NCBI GenBank assembly: GCA_965205265.1
Contig: CBDBGH010000003.1
Coordinates: 2,784,001-2,848,000, forward strand
Direction of reading: 5' to 3'
Origin: Alphaproteobacteria bacterium
GTDB lineage: Bacteria > Pseudomonadota > Alphaproteobacteria > Bin95
Length of the DNA stretch: 64,000 bases
Notes under the pieces: generated by a model
Databases searched by the model: none
Seen by the model: only the letters and a program-made list of their open reading frames with translations
What the model was told of the DNA's origin: nothing
Shown: in pieces, positions 12,424 through 22,411 of the stretch
Layout of the letters: every line of letters begins with the position of its first letter
Numbering within the stretch: position 1 is the first letter of the stretch
Translations under genes and position numbers: made by a program

Positions 12424-13959
12424 TCACCTCTTGCCGCCGAAGCCTGCCAACAGTTGAACCTCCCGGTCATCGAGAACCCCGGCCATCTCTTCATGGTCGG
12501 GACCGAAGAACCTTCCCCTGACGGCGCCCCTGTCATCCGAGAACCCGTTTCCGCCCACCGTCACGCCATATTGCAGGTCCGGCTGCCTGAAATTGCGGGA
12601 TACACCGTTTAGGTCGACCACGAGATTGTCGAAGCGGAAGTTACCTGAGAGGTCCGCGAGCGCGATCTTCAGTGTGGCGTCGCCGAAGACGGGCGGCAGA
12701 GCTGCGTGGCCCGTGTCGACGCCGAGCAGCGATCCGGTCCACGTGGCCTCGCCCCGAAGCACGGAAGAAGCCGCGAGAGGCGCGCCCGGCGCAACGCCGA
12801 ACGCGTCCGCGCCGGCCCGCAGTTTGTCGCCATTCTCCAGAATGCGCTCAACGCCGGCGCCCCAGGCGCTGTAGCGGGCCCAGGCGCCGTAGCCGTAGAG
12901 TTCCGGTTCCGAGGCGGTCGCACGGTCAAGGATTTCGTATCCGATGTCATCGAGAAACGCGAAATCGAGTTCGCTCGGAGCCGCCACTTCCCCCCGGTCT
13001 CTGCAATATGCCATCAGCGAAGTGCAAACGCCCAGGTGCCCATAGTCGACAGTCGCTCCCGGCGTCCCGGGGGGTACAGGCTCGTTGTCGGCATTTATCC
13101 ATTGGTACGGGACGGGGTTGCCGCCGTTGGCCGGCATGGCGTTCGGGCCCTCGAAGGTGCGGTCCTCGCGGTTCACGTAGCGCGCGCCGGACGGGAAGTT
13201 GGTAGCGGTGCCGATCCCCAGCACATGGCCGATCTCGTGCGCCATTACGCTTGTGTAGTCATGGTGCTTCGGGTTCAGCAGGATCGTGCCGAGCCAGGGC
13301 TCCACGTCGTCGGGCTCAATGCGAGCCTCCTGAAAGGTGGCCGAAGAGCTGTTGTCGGCAACGGGACCCTTGTCCAGCACGAAGACGATCACGCCATTCG
13401 TCGTCGTCTCCGCGGCAATCGTTTCCCGGACATCGCCATGGACGATGCTGGTTCCGCCCGGAGCCGTGTGCGTTCCGAAATCGTCCGCGATCCGGTAGGA
13501 CCACGATTTCCCGGCGCGGTCCATCCGGGCGCGCGCCTCGGCATCGACATTTTGCGCGAACCGCCAGTCGAATTCGATATTGAGCGTGCCCGCCGGTCCG
13601 CCCTTCCATTGGCCGTAGGCGATTCCTCCCTGCTCGCCGACGATGCTTATGTCCTCGGCGCGCACATTCCGCAGTAGCGTCCCGGTTTCGGCCGTCTCGT
13701 GTTGGACGGTGTCCAGCAGGCCGGCGATCGCCGCGCGACTTTCGCCTGGGCTGAGGACTGGCGACAGGCCCAGCGCTGTGCTGAGACGTTGCGGATCATT
13801 CCAGTGGTCGAGCAGGTCCTGCGCCGTCGGATTGTCGCGCTCGTATGCTCCGACAGTGGGGGCAACGGGTCCCCGTTCCTCCCCGGCCCCGCCGCCTCCA
13901 CCGCCGCAGGCTGCAAGTATCGAAATGGCCGTGGTTGCGGCCAGAATGCGCACTGTCAT
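12424..13959 (-). CDS. Surface lipoprotein with HExxH metalloprotease domain and C-terminal TbpB-like barrel
   Basis: RBS GGAGAGG; lipobox LAA-C plus poly-Gly; AHEIGHVLGIG, FEGPNA, GHL..SLMAY (leishmanolysin-like); ATWTGSLLG...GRFFGPDHEEMAG..AGFGGKR. Confidence 0.78.
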   Translation of the reverse strand: MTVRILAATTAISILAACGGGGGGAGEERGPVAPTVGAYERDNPTAQDLLDHWNDPQRLSTALGLSPVLSPGESRAAIAGLLDTVQHETAETGTLLRNVRAEDISIVGEQGGIAYGQWKGGPAGTLNIEFDWRFAQNVDAEARARMDRAGKSWSYRIADDFGTHTAPGGTSIVHGDVRETIAAETTTNGVIVFVLDKGPVADNSSSATFQEARIEPDDVEPWLGTILLNPKHHDYTSVMAHEIGHVLGIGTATNFPSGARYVNREDRTFEGPNAMPANGGNPVPYQWINADNEPVPPGTPGATVDYGHLGVCTSLMAYCRDRGEVAAPSELDFAFLDDIGYEILDRATASEPELYGYGAWARYSAWGAGVERILENGDKLRAGADAFGVAPGAPLAASSVLRGEATWTGSLLGVDTGHAALPPVFGDATLKIALADLSGNFRFDNLVVDLNGVSRNFRQPDLQYGVTVGGNGFSDDRGAVRGRFFGPDHEEMAGVLDDREVQLLAGFGGKR

Positions 13960-14131
13960 GGAAAGCCCCTCTCCAACCCAGCCTTTCGGCGCCGGCCGGG
14001 GCGCGGCAGGCGATGGCCGAAGCCATAACAAAGTCAGGTTCCGGACGCCGCCGTCACAGAGGCCGGAACGGCGGCAGCAAGCCCGCGTCGGGAGAGGGTG
14101 GAACTCGCCGCAGGCTGCGCCGCCGTTCGCG

Positions 14132-14590
14132 TCAGGGTTTCTCGCCGTAGAACACCAACCGGAGGTCGGGGCCCTTGGCGTGACCGACGACACCGGCCTG
14201 GTTGACGCCGCCGAACTGGCCGACAGCGTCGTATTTCTGCGAATTGGCCGTGGTGCCGCCCGAGAACCGTCCGTCGGTGACCGAGATGTCGTTCCATTGC
14301 AAGGTGGCGAGGACCGGAATGTTCTCCAGGGCGAGAGCCGCTTCGGTGGCGCCGGTGCCTGGCGTGACGGTGACGGTCGGTGCGCCGGTACTGACGGTCT
14401 ACCCGCTTCCATAGACCCCGGCCCATTCGCCCGTCCATGTCGCGTTCCCCGTCGGCCGGTGTTCCGGCGCGGGATCCGGGGACAGCGGGCCGGACGTCCC
14501 GTTTTGCCGGAAGGTGTCGCTCAGGCCCGGGAACGACCCGAAGAATTCGCGTTCGCTGCCGTCGCCTTCCTTGAAATCGACGCCGTTTTC
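14132..14590 (-). pseudogene. Truncated third TbpB-like barrel fragment with internal TAG
   Basis: Hand translation: ..HRPTGNATWTGEWAGVYGSG*TVSTG...GRFSGG..AVGQFGGVNQAGVVGH..VFYGEKP*; TAG at 14399-14401 in frame; no start or signal peptide. Confidence 0.55.
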
Positions 14591-15216
14591 CGCAGGGCGA
14601 CGGTCCAGCCGGTCACGCCGGTGCCCCGGATATGGTCGCCATGCTCCTCGGCCAGCAGGTCGATCCGGCCGGAGGTCTTGAGAGTGTGCAATTTGTCGCT
14701 CATCGCGCCTTCGCCGTAGAAAGGCCCGTTCAGGCCGATGACGAGCGGCGCGCCGGGCGCCAGAACCCGCAGGATCTCGTCCAGCGCGTCCGGCCGGATC
14801 AGGCTGAAGCTGAAGACGCCGACGGCGACCGCAGCGCCGTATGCTTCGTCGGTGGCATCGAGGGGCGGGGCGTTCAGGTCGGCCTCGAAAAGGCGGCGGT
14901 AAAGGCCGGTTTCGCGCGCCTTTGCCAGCATGCCGGAGGAGAAGTCGCAGCCGTCGATGACGCTGTACCCTTCCTTCAACAGCGCGACGCCGGCCAGGCC
15001 GGTGCCGCAGCCGATGTCGAGGATTTCCGCCCGTCGGTCGGTCAGGTGGTGCGACAGCATTTCCGCGCAGCGGCGCGGCTGGACGTAGTCGTTCTCGTCG
15101 ATCAGTTCCGTGTCGTAGGTCTCCGCCCAGCGATCATACAGGTCACGGGTTTCGTCCGCGGTGCGCGCCTCGTAGGCGATCGTCAGGAAGCGGTGGTTAT
15201 GCGATGGTCCGGCCAT
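14521..15216 (-). CDS. Class I SAM-dependent methyltransferase
   Basis: LYDRWAETYD, ILDIGCGTGLAG, GCDFSSGML. Confidence 0.9.
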   Translation of the reverse strand: MAGPSHNHRFLTIAYEARTADETRDLYDRWAETYDTELIDENDYVQPRRCAEMLSHHLTDRRAEILDIGCGTGLAGVALLKEGYSVIDGCDFSSGMLAKARETGLYRRLFEADLNAPPLDATDEAYGAAVAVGVFSFSLIRPDALDEILRVLAPGAPLVIGLNGPFYGEGAMSDKLHTLKTSGRIDLLAEEHGDHIRGTGVTGWTVALRKTASISRKATAANANSSGRSRA

Positions 15217-15940
15217 GCGGCGTTCTCCTCCGTTCGGGCAAGTCCGACCCGGTAATGCCCATGCCTAGCGGACGGCGACCGTCCCGCCTGCCATGCCGCC
15301 GCCGTCGACAGGCTCGCCATGCTCTTCCGGGAGCCGTTCGGTCCGGTTGGCGGGATCGGGAGCGGCGTACTTTTTGGCCGGCGGACCAGGGGTGCCTTTC
15401 AACAACTATCGTCATCTCAAGTTCTGCGCGCCGCTTCCGCGGCAGTCTCAGGGCGCCCCTGCCTCGCGTGGGTATCCTCGTCGCAGTCAACATCCGGCAG
15501 CCATGTCGGCATGGTACCGGTCGCCGGGGATTTCTTCAATTTCGTGAAAGCCCGGGACAAGAGCAGGCGGACATGCGGCTACGGCGGATATCTGCCCGAT
15601 CCTGGTTTGAACAGGGTACTGGATTACGCCCTTTGCTTTGCCGGTCTCTTCCGCAAGGACCTCGGCCGGTAGGACGTTCAGATATCCAATCCATGGCGCA
15701 TGAACGAGGAAAGGCAGGCAGGAGGGGGCGTGCAGACTGTCCGCTATCGGTCACCACAGGCCGCGCTCAGGCCGAGTTGCCCGGCGCCGATCCGCAGGGT
15801 CCGGCAGAGCGCAATGCTGACCTCCGCCTTGTTCAGGGTATGCACCGCTGCGAGGGAGGCGGGACGGGCGAGGAGATCGCAGTGGCTACAGGCAGAGCGG
15901 CCAGTTGGACGCTTGGAGCAAAATCACGTGCCTGTCGGCC

Positions 15941-16198
15941 TCAGCCAGGCTCGACGATTACGCGCCTGTGGCCCCGCCGAATGACATAACCGCCCCGCGG
16001 GATCGTTAGCTTGCCTTCCTGAACCAAGGCCCACAATGCATCGGCAATGACTTCTTCTCCTCGGTCGACCTCTGGCAACTCAGCCGGCTGGGAGAGCCAT
16101 TTGGCAAATGCCTCGTCGGCAATTTCACGGCCTATCGACTTGCGCAATGCGTCGAGTTTTCGGAGTTGGCCCTTCGACAGGGCAGTTTCGTCCAACAT
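15941..16198 (-). CDS. Small hypothetical protein (85 aa)
   Basis: AAGGAG RBS before ATG 16198; protein-like composition MLDETALSKGQLRKLDALRKSIG... Confidence 0.65.
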   Translation of the reverse strand: MLDETALSKGQLRKLDALRKSIGREIADEAFAKWLSQPAELPEVDRGEEVIADALWALVQEGKLTIPRGGYVIRRGHRRVIVEPG

Positions 16199-16638
16199 CT
16201 GGAAGTCTCCTTTTGACGCTTTACGCTGAACAGGAACGTCAGCAGTGAGCATGGGGCAACGTATTGCCATCTTGGCGCCCGTTTTACAATCTCGGAAGTA
16301 GAGTCATGACAACTCTCCGATATGCTGCGATCGGACGCCAATACTGAAACGGATAACCACGTCTTCCGCTCTCGTCAAATCCCCAAACCGGTCTTTCGGC
16401 ATGTCTCCGGCGCGATATGGGAGGCTGCCGTCCGATACCCCCTCCAAGCCGCAAGCTTGCGGTTTGCGGTCCCTTTCTCCCAAACCTCTCAAGCGGACGT
16501 TATACCATTGAATGAGTTCCTTGCACGGCACACTATTTGTCGGCAATGAAGGAGGCCGCCGAGACATCGCAAAGACGGGCATTGGGACGCTTGGCCAGGA
16601 GAGATGGCACCAGCGGGGCGGTCTTTTCCTCGGACGCA

Positions 16639-16870
16639 ATGCCCCGTATTGCGCTCATCGACTTCCTTCGGGGTGTGGCCCTTCTGGGCATGACCGTCTT
16701 CCATTTCGTTTACGACCTTGAGTTTTTCGGCTCGAAAGAGCCCGGCTATTCGGATCGGCTCCACTGGTGGACGCTTGCTATCATCGTTGCCGGGAGCTTT
16801 CTCTTTCTCACAGGCGCCAGCCTTTATCTTGCGCACAGCGGCGGAATTCGGTGGAGACCGTGGAGGCTTT
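16639..16870 (+). pseudogene. DUF1624 / heparan-alpha-glucosaminide N-acetyltransferase-like membrane protein, 3'-truncated
   Basis: RIALIDFLRGVALLGMTVFHFVYDL...AGSFLFLTGASLYLAH; the hydrophobic pattern stops after about 75 aa. Confidence 0.7.
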
Positions 16871-17210
16871 TTTGCTCTTGGGAGCGGCCGCGCCCCGGAG
16901 GGCGCGGCAGCAAGAGACGTGGCTGCCGGATACCCGGGACGGAATTGCGCCGACCCGAAAGCTGTCGCGGCAGGAGTTCGAAGAGCTCGCGGTGGAGGCA
17001 TCGGTGGCGGTGCTGCCGGTCGAGGGTATGAGTACGCGCGGTCGCCGTGGCCATGGGGCGTGGGGAGAGCAGGGCCCGCGCGCATATGTCGCTGGAGAAA
17101 TGCATATCTCCCCATAATTGGGAAAGCGTGAAAGCGGGAAGTCGGCCCACGATAAGCTGCTAGCCTGTGCGAGATGCAAGACAGCTTCAAAATGTGTGTT
17201 GCGTGATCCC

Positions 17211-17260
17211 GTAAGCATCCGCGAAGGACCGCAGGGTATGTCGGGGTGAGTTTAACGGCG
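17211..17260. mobile_element. Solo IS66-type terminal remnant
   Basis: gtaagcatccgcgaaggaccgcagggtatg aligns with the IS66 end at 4368 (gtatgcatccggcgaggatcgcagggatatg). Confidence 0.55.
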
Positions 17261-17727
17261 GCGCGCTTGTGATCGGTACGGATCTGTAAGGGGCCACAAC
17301 CGCTGAATTCCGTCGCTTCAATCAACATTCGGGATTGACATCGCACGGCCTCCCATGGTCAGATTCGAGGAGAGGGGCGAGCGGCGGAAGCCGCGCACGA
17401 GGGCTAGGGGGCGCCGTCGGGCCGTGACGTTGACATCGTTAGCTTGCTTGCGCCCAGAATTGAGCGCCATGCGCCGATTATTGCCCAGAGCTGGCTGGTT
17501 CCTTGAGGTTTCCATGCCGCAATCAAACACCTCATTGTTGATCGTAAAACGCTCTCGATTCACTCAATTGTCGTGTTGGAGGCACCGCATGCCGCATCGA
17601 CCTCGATCCCCATAATCTTGAGATCGCAGGTTCGATCCCAACCTGGACCGGAAACCCTGACCTCAACTCGCACAACCGCGTCATCGTCGCGCAAGCATTC
17701 GCCTGGGGATCGAACGGAGCCATCGGG

Positions 17728-19935
17728 TTGCGGCGAAAAGTACAGAAGCCAAACGGTTACAAGATTGGAATCCCTGTTATGCATCGACTGCCAGTCCTTT
17801 GCGGTTCACGCCGACGGCTATATGACGGGCCGGGTTTCCGCTTCTCTTTCCGAGCTTTTCCAGGAATTCTGTCCGGGGCTGCATGGACCGTCGCCAGGGC
17901 GCTCTTCCCGATTCTCGCAAGTGCCCTTGTCTCGACGGCGCTGCTGTGCGGGACGGCTTCTGCAACGGACACTGCCGACGACCAGAACTACGGGTGCCCG
18001 GCGGGCACCGTGTTCGATGCCGATTGGCAGCCTCTCTGGAGAACGTATCCAGTCATATTCAAACCGTGCCGTCCCACCAATGGGCAGGATTCCCCACCAA
18101 CAGGGTCGCCGTCGTCGTCCGGCTCCGAACCGGCACGGACGCCTGACCTTGGCACGAGGCAGACTATGCCGGACAAGCCGGCAGCGCCGAAGGTGACGGA
18201 AAGGGCGAACACGCAGACTGTGCCGGGCAAGCCGGCGGCGCCGAGGGTGACGGAAAGGGCGAACACGAAGTCGGGCCTGGACGTGAGTTGGGAGGCCCCG
18301 TCGAATGCGGGCCCGGCAATCGCAAGCTACGATCTGCGCTACCGGACGGGGTCGAGCGGCGACTGGACCGACGGCCCGCAGGACGTAAGCGGCCTTTCCA
18401 CCTCTATCGGGGGTCTTCGGCCGGGTACGTCGTACCAGGTGCAAGTGCGTGCGTCCAATGCCGCGGGCGACGGGGCCTGGTCGGAGTCGGGGGAAGGGAG
18501 GACCCGGACGGATATCGGCTTCGACCGACGCCCGGTTCTCGAGGCATGGCAAGCCCGGTTCGGACGGACGATAGCAGGACAGGCCGTGGAAGCGGTGATC
18601 GGACGGCTCGACGGAACAGCCGGTCGGAAGCCGGCTCTGACGCTCGGCGGGCAGTCCGCTGCTGCCGGCGGATGGCTCGAGCCGGCGCTGGGTGCCGACA
18701 ACAAACGAAACTGGCGGGAGCACGACCGCGAGGCGCAGACACAAACCATGACTGCCCGGGAGTTCCTGCTCGGCACCTCGTTCCATCTTTCCGCCGACCA
18801 GAGCGAGACCGGTGGCCCGGGCATGGTTGCGTGGAGCCGGTTCGCGAGCACCGCATTCGAGGGCGAGGCCGATGGCGCCGCCATCGACGGAACCGCCGCC
18901 ACCGGATTCCTGGGGGCCGACGCCGAGTGGCACCGGGTGCTGGCGGGTTTCATGCTGTCGCACAGCCGGGGCGAGGGCACTTACGGCGGCTCTAAGGGCA
19001 GGGGCAAAGTCGAGAGCACGCTGACGGGGGTCCACCCCTACGCGAAGCTGGATGTGAGCAGACGGATGTCGGTCTGGGGTCTCGCCGGCATAGGCGAGGG
19101 CAATCTCGCGCTGAAGCCCGACGGACGGGATGCCATGGAGACCGATGTCAGCCTGCGCATGGGCGCGCTCGGCGTTACCGGCCGACTGCTCGACGACAAG
19201 GACAGTCTCGCGCTCGATGTCAGGTCCGACGCGATGTGGGTCGGCACCGGGAACGAGGCCGCGCCGGGCATGGCGGCGAGCCAGAGCGAGGTGACGCGGC
19301 TCCGGCTCGTGCTGGACGGCAGCCGGGCGTTCGACGTCGGCGACGGCGTCACCCTGACCCCGAGCGCGGATCTGGGCCTGCGGGTGGACGGCGGCGATGC
19401 CGAGACCGGGTTCGGCACCGAGGTCGGCGGCGGCGTGGCGTGGTCCGACCCGAAGCGCGGGCTCTCGGCCGAGGTGAAGGCGCGCGGTCTGCTGACCCAC
19501 GAGGAGTCGGGCTTCAGCGAGCGTGGGGTCTCGGGCGGCCTGACCTGGGACCCGCAATTGTCCTCGGAGCGCGGGCCGAAGCTGTCGTTGAACCAGACCC
19601 TGGGGGCCTCCGATGCAAACGGCGTGGATGCGCTGCTCGCGCGCGATGACCTGGCGGGTCTGGCGGCCAACGACGACGAGTCGGGCCGACGGCGGTTCGA
19701 GGCGCGGCTGGGCTACGGCGTGCCGGCGTTCGGCGGCCACCTGACGGGGACGCCCGAGGTCGCAGTGGGAGTGTCGAACACGAGCCGCGACTACATGCTC
19801 GGCTGGTGGCTGACGTCGCAGTGGAGCGGCCCGCAGGCCTTCGAACTCCGGGTGGAAGGGCTGCGGCGTGAGAGCGCGAATGACGACGGCCCGCCCGAGC
19901 ATCGGATAGGCTTCGACTTGACCGCCCGGTGGTAG
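17728..19935 (+). CDS. Autotransporter with a fibronectin type III passenger domain
   Basis: FN3 motif LDVSWEAP.NAGPAIASYDLRYR..W..GLRPGTSYQVQVRASNAAGDGAWS; long beta-barrel ending FDLTARW; start uncertain (could be 17779 or later). Confidence 0.85.
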   Translation: MRRKVQKPNGYKIGIPVMHRLPVLCGSRRRLYDGPGFRFSFRAFPGILSGAAWTVARALFPILASALVSTALLCGTASATDTADDQNYGCPAGTVFDADWQPLWRTYPVIFKPCRPTNGQDSPPTGSPSSSGSEPARTPDLGTRQTMPDKPAAPKVTERANTQTVPGKPAAPRVTERANTKSGLDVSWEAPSNAGPAIASYDLRYRTGSSGDWTDGPQDVSGLSTSIGGLRPGTSYQVQVRASNAAGDGAWSESGEGRTRTDIGFDRRPVLEAWQARFGRTIAGQAVEAVIGRLDGTAGRKPALTLGGQSAAAGGWLEPALGADNKRNWREHDREAQTQTMTAREFLLGTSFHLSADQSETGGPGMVAWSRFASTAFEGEADGAAIDGTAATGFLGADAEWHRVLAGFMLSHSRGEGTYGGSKGRGKVESTLTGVHPYAKLDVSRRMSVWGLAGIGEGNLALKPDGRDAMETDVSLRMGALGVTGRLLDDKDSLALDVRSDAMWVGTGNEAAPGMAASQSEVTRLRLVLDGSRAFDVGDGVTLTPSADLGLRVDGGDAETGFGTEVGGGVAWSDPKRGLSAEVKARGLLTHEESGFSERGVSGGLTWDPQLSSERGPKLSLNQTLGASDANGVDALLARDDLAGLAANDDESGRRRFEARLGYGVPAFGGHLTGTPEVAVGVSNTSRDYMLGWWLTSQWSGPQAFELRVEGLRRESANDDGPPEHRIGFDLTARW
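18160..18267 (+). repeat. 54-bp (18-aa) tandem duplication inside the autotransporter
   Basis: QTMPDKPAAPKVTERANT / QTVPGKPAAPRVTERANT. Confidence 0.9.
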
Positions 19936-20154
19936 CCGCCCGGCGGCAACCCGGGAGATGAGCCGCGTCAAGAGCACGGACCGGGAAGCGGGCTTCGGGG
20001 CCCATAACCGAGCCTGCATGCGGCGCAACCCGGTCTATTGCAAGCGCATGCCGCCCCGCCCCGATTTGAGTGCGGATTCCCAAATACTCGACGGCCGATA
20101 CCGACAAGAAACGCGCCGGCGGCGTTTCCTCTCTCGGAACGGAAGCCGGCCGGG

Positions 20155-20913
20155 CTACCGCAGCCCTCCGGTGACGAAGATCGTGTCGGCGGTGAGGTAG
20201 CTGGCGCCGTCGGAGCAGGCGAACAGCACCGTCTCGGCGATCTCCTCGGGCTGAGCCATCCGGCCCATCGGCGTCTGCCCGGCATAGCCTTCGAGCACTT
20301 CGGGCGGCGTGTTGTCGTGGAAGGGCGTGTCCACGACGCCGGGCGAGATCGAAAGGCAGCGCACGCCCCGGCTCGCGAACTCCCGGCCGATGCCGAGCGT
20401 CATGGTATGCACCGCGCCCTTGGACGAGGCGTAATGCACGGAATTGCCGGCCCCGCCGATCCTCGCCGCCACGCTCGCGATGTTGACGATCACGCCGCCG
20501 CCCTTCTCCAGCATGTGCGGCAGGACGGCCTGCGCGCCGTTGAAAGTGCCGCGCACATTGAGGGCGTAGGTGCGCTCCCAGAGCTCCTCGGTTATCTCCA
20601 GGAACGGCTTCCGGGCAAGTGCGGCGCCGACCGCGTTCAACTCGAAATCCACCCGCCCGAAATCCGAGACGGCCCGGGCGACGGCCGCGTCCACCTCGGC
20701 CCGGACGGTCACGTCGCAGGCAACGAAGGTTGCGCGCGCACCGAGCTGGATCGCCTGGTTCGCCGTGCGCTCGGCGGCCTCCGGGTCGATGTCGGCAGAG
20801 ACCACATTCGAGCCTTCGCGCGCGAACACCAGCGCCGTCGCGCGGCCGATTCCGCTGCCGGCGCCGGTAATCAGGATGGTCTTGCCCTTGAAGTAGTCCG
20901 GGTCTCTCGGCAT
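20155..20913 (-). CDS. SDR-family oxidoreductase
   Basis: TGAGSGIG, NIAS, YASSK, PGVVDT. Confidence 0.93.
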   Translation of the reverse strand: MPRDPDYFKGKTILITGAGSGIGRATALVFAREGSNVVSADIDPEAAERTANQAIQLGARATFVACDVTVRAEVDAAVARAVSDFGRVDFELNAVGAALARKPFLEITEELWERTYALNVRGTFNGAQAVLPHMLEKGGGVIVNIASVAARIGGAGNSVHYASSKGAVHTMTLGIGREFASRGVRCLSISPGVVDTPFHDNTPPEVLEGYAGQTPMGRMAQPEEIAETVLFACSDGASYLTADTIFVTGGLR

Positions 20914-21000
20914 GGCGTCCTCCTCCGCCGGGCGCGTGGCGAATCTGTGTCCAGTGTCCTGATCGAGAAGTTTGAGTGCTTATCCGCCGCGTCCTTTCCC

Positions 21001-21459
21001 GTCATGCCCGGACTTGTTCCATTGCTGTCCGGTTCAGCCATTGGGTGAGGCTGAACGGGAGTCCGCCGGGGGGTTCGGGGGCGCGCGGCGTCTGCGATCC
21101 GCCCCTTGCCCGTGAGGCTCGAACGCCCCCCTTCGGCAGGCTCAGGGCAGGCTCTTTCGTCATACCCGGACTTGTTCCGGGTATCTCTCTCAAGCGGCTC
21201 CACCGGGCGGCCGTATGGATGCCCGGAACAAGTCCGGGCATGACGATATGGGGGTCGGGCATGACGATATGGGGGTCGGGCCGCCGAGCGTCGATCCGGG
21301 TCCCGATCCCGCCGAACCCCTCGAAACCCGGTTGAATCCAGGCCATGCGCCCTGCCCGCAAATCCTGAACCGGACAGCAATGGACTTGTTCCGGGCATCC
21401 ACGGGGCCACTCGGCGGGGTGGTTGAGAGAGATGCCCGGAACAAGTTCCGGGCATGACG
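21001..21459. repeat. REP/BIME-like palindrome pair interrupted by a MITE
   Basis: gtcatgcccggacttgttcc|MITE|ggacttgttccgggcatcc...gatgcccggaacaagttccgggcatgac. Confidence 0.85.
21020..21382. mobile_element. MITE copy 1 (363 bp), IS4-like CAT termini
   Basis: Perfect IR cattgctgtccggttcag / ctgaaccggacagcaatg; direct repeat gacttgttc on both sides; no ORF; internal REP pair. Confidence 0.8.
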
Positions 21460-21534
21460 ATACGAGGGTCGGAACGCCGGGCCGAAGACGCCCCGCACCC
21501 CAATCGAAGTCATGAGAACTTCGAGACCGGAACA

Positions 21535-22326
<792 letters not shown>

Positions 22327-22366
22327 CGCCTCATATCCGGGCCGTCCGGTTGAAAATGGTCAAAGC

Positions 22367-22388
22367 GGCGGGGCCCTAAGGCCCCGCC
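22367..22388 (-). terminator. Hairpin downstream of the substrate-binding protein gene
   Basis: ggcggggcc-ctaa-ggccccgcc, followed by gcttt on the minus strand. Confidence 0.55.
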
Positions 22389-22411
22389 AAAGTCTGTCTT
22401 GGAGCCGAGCC

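Noticed and set aside
14399-14401. Pyrrolysine or other read-through at the TAG in the barrel fragment
   Set aside because: Not at a catalytic position, the fragment lacks a 5' end, and no pyl genes are seen; a nonsense mutation is simpler
15293-15900. Short overlapping ORFs in a lower-GC patch
   Set aside because: May be a frameshifted gene relic, but no recognisable family or consistent frame
17119-17200. P-loop-like GKRESGKS peptide
   Set aside because: Preceded immediately by a stop, with no further ATPase motifs; probably chance
21001-21459. Possible CRISPR array in the repeat clusters (also 32.2, 44.3, 56.0 and 59.0 kb)
   Set aside because: The repeats are inverted palindromic pairs without regularly spaced unique spacers, and no cas genes are present
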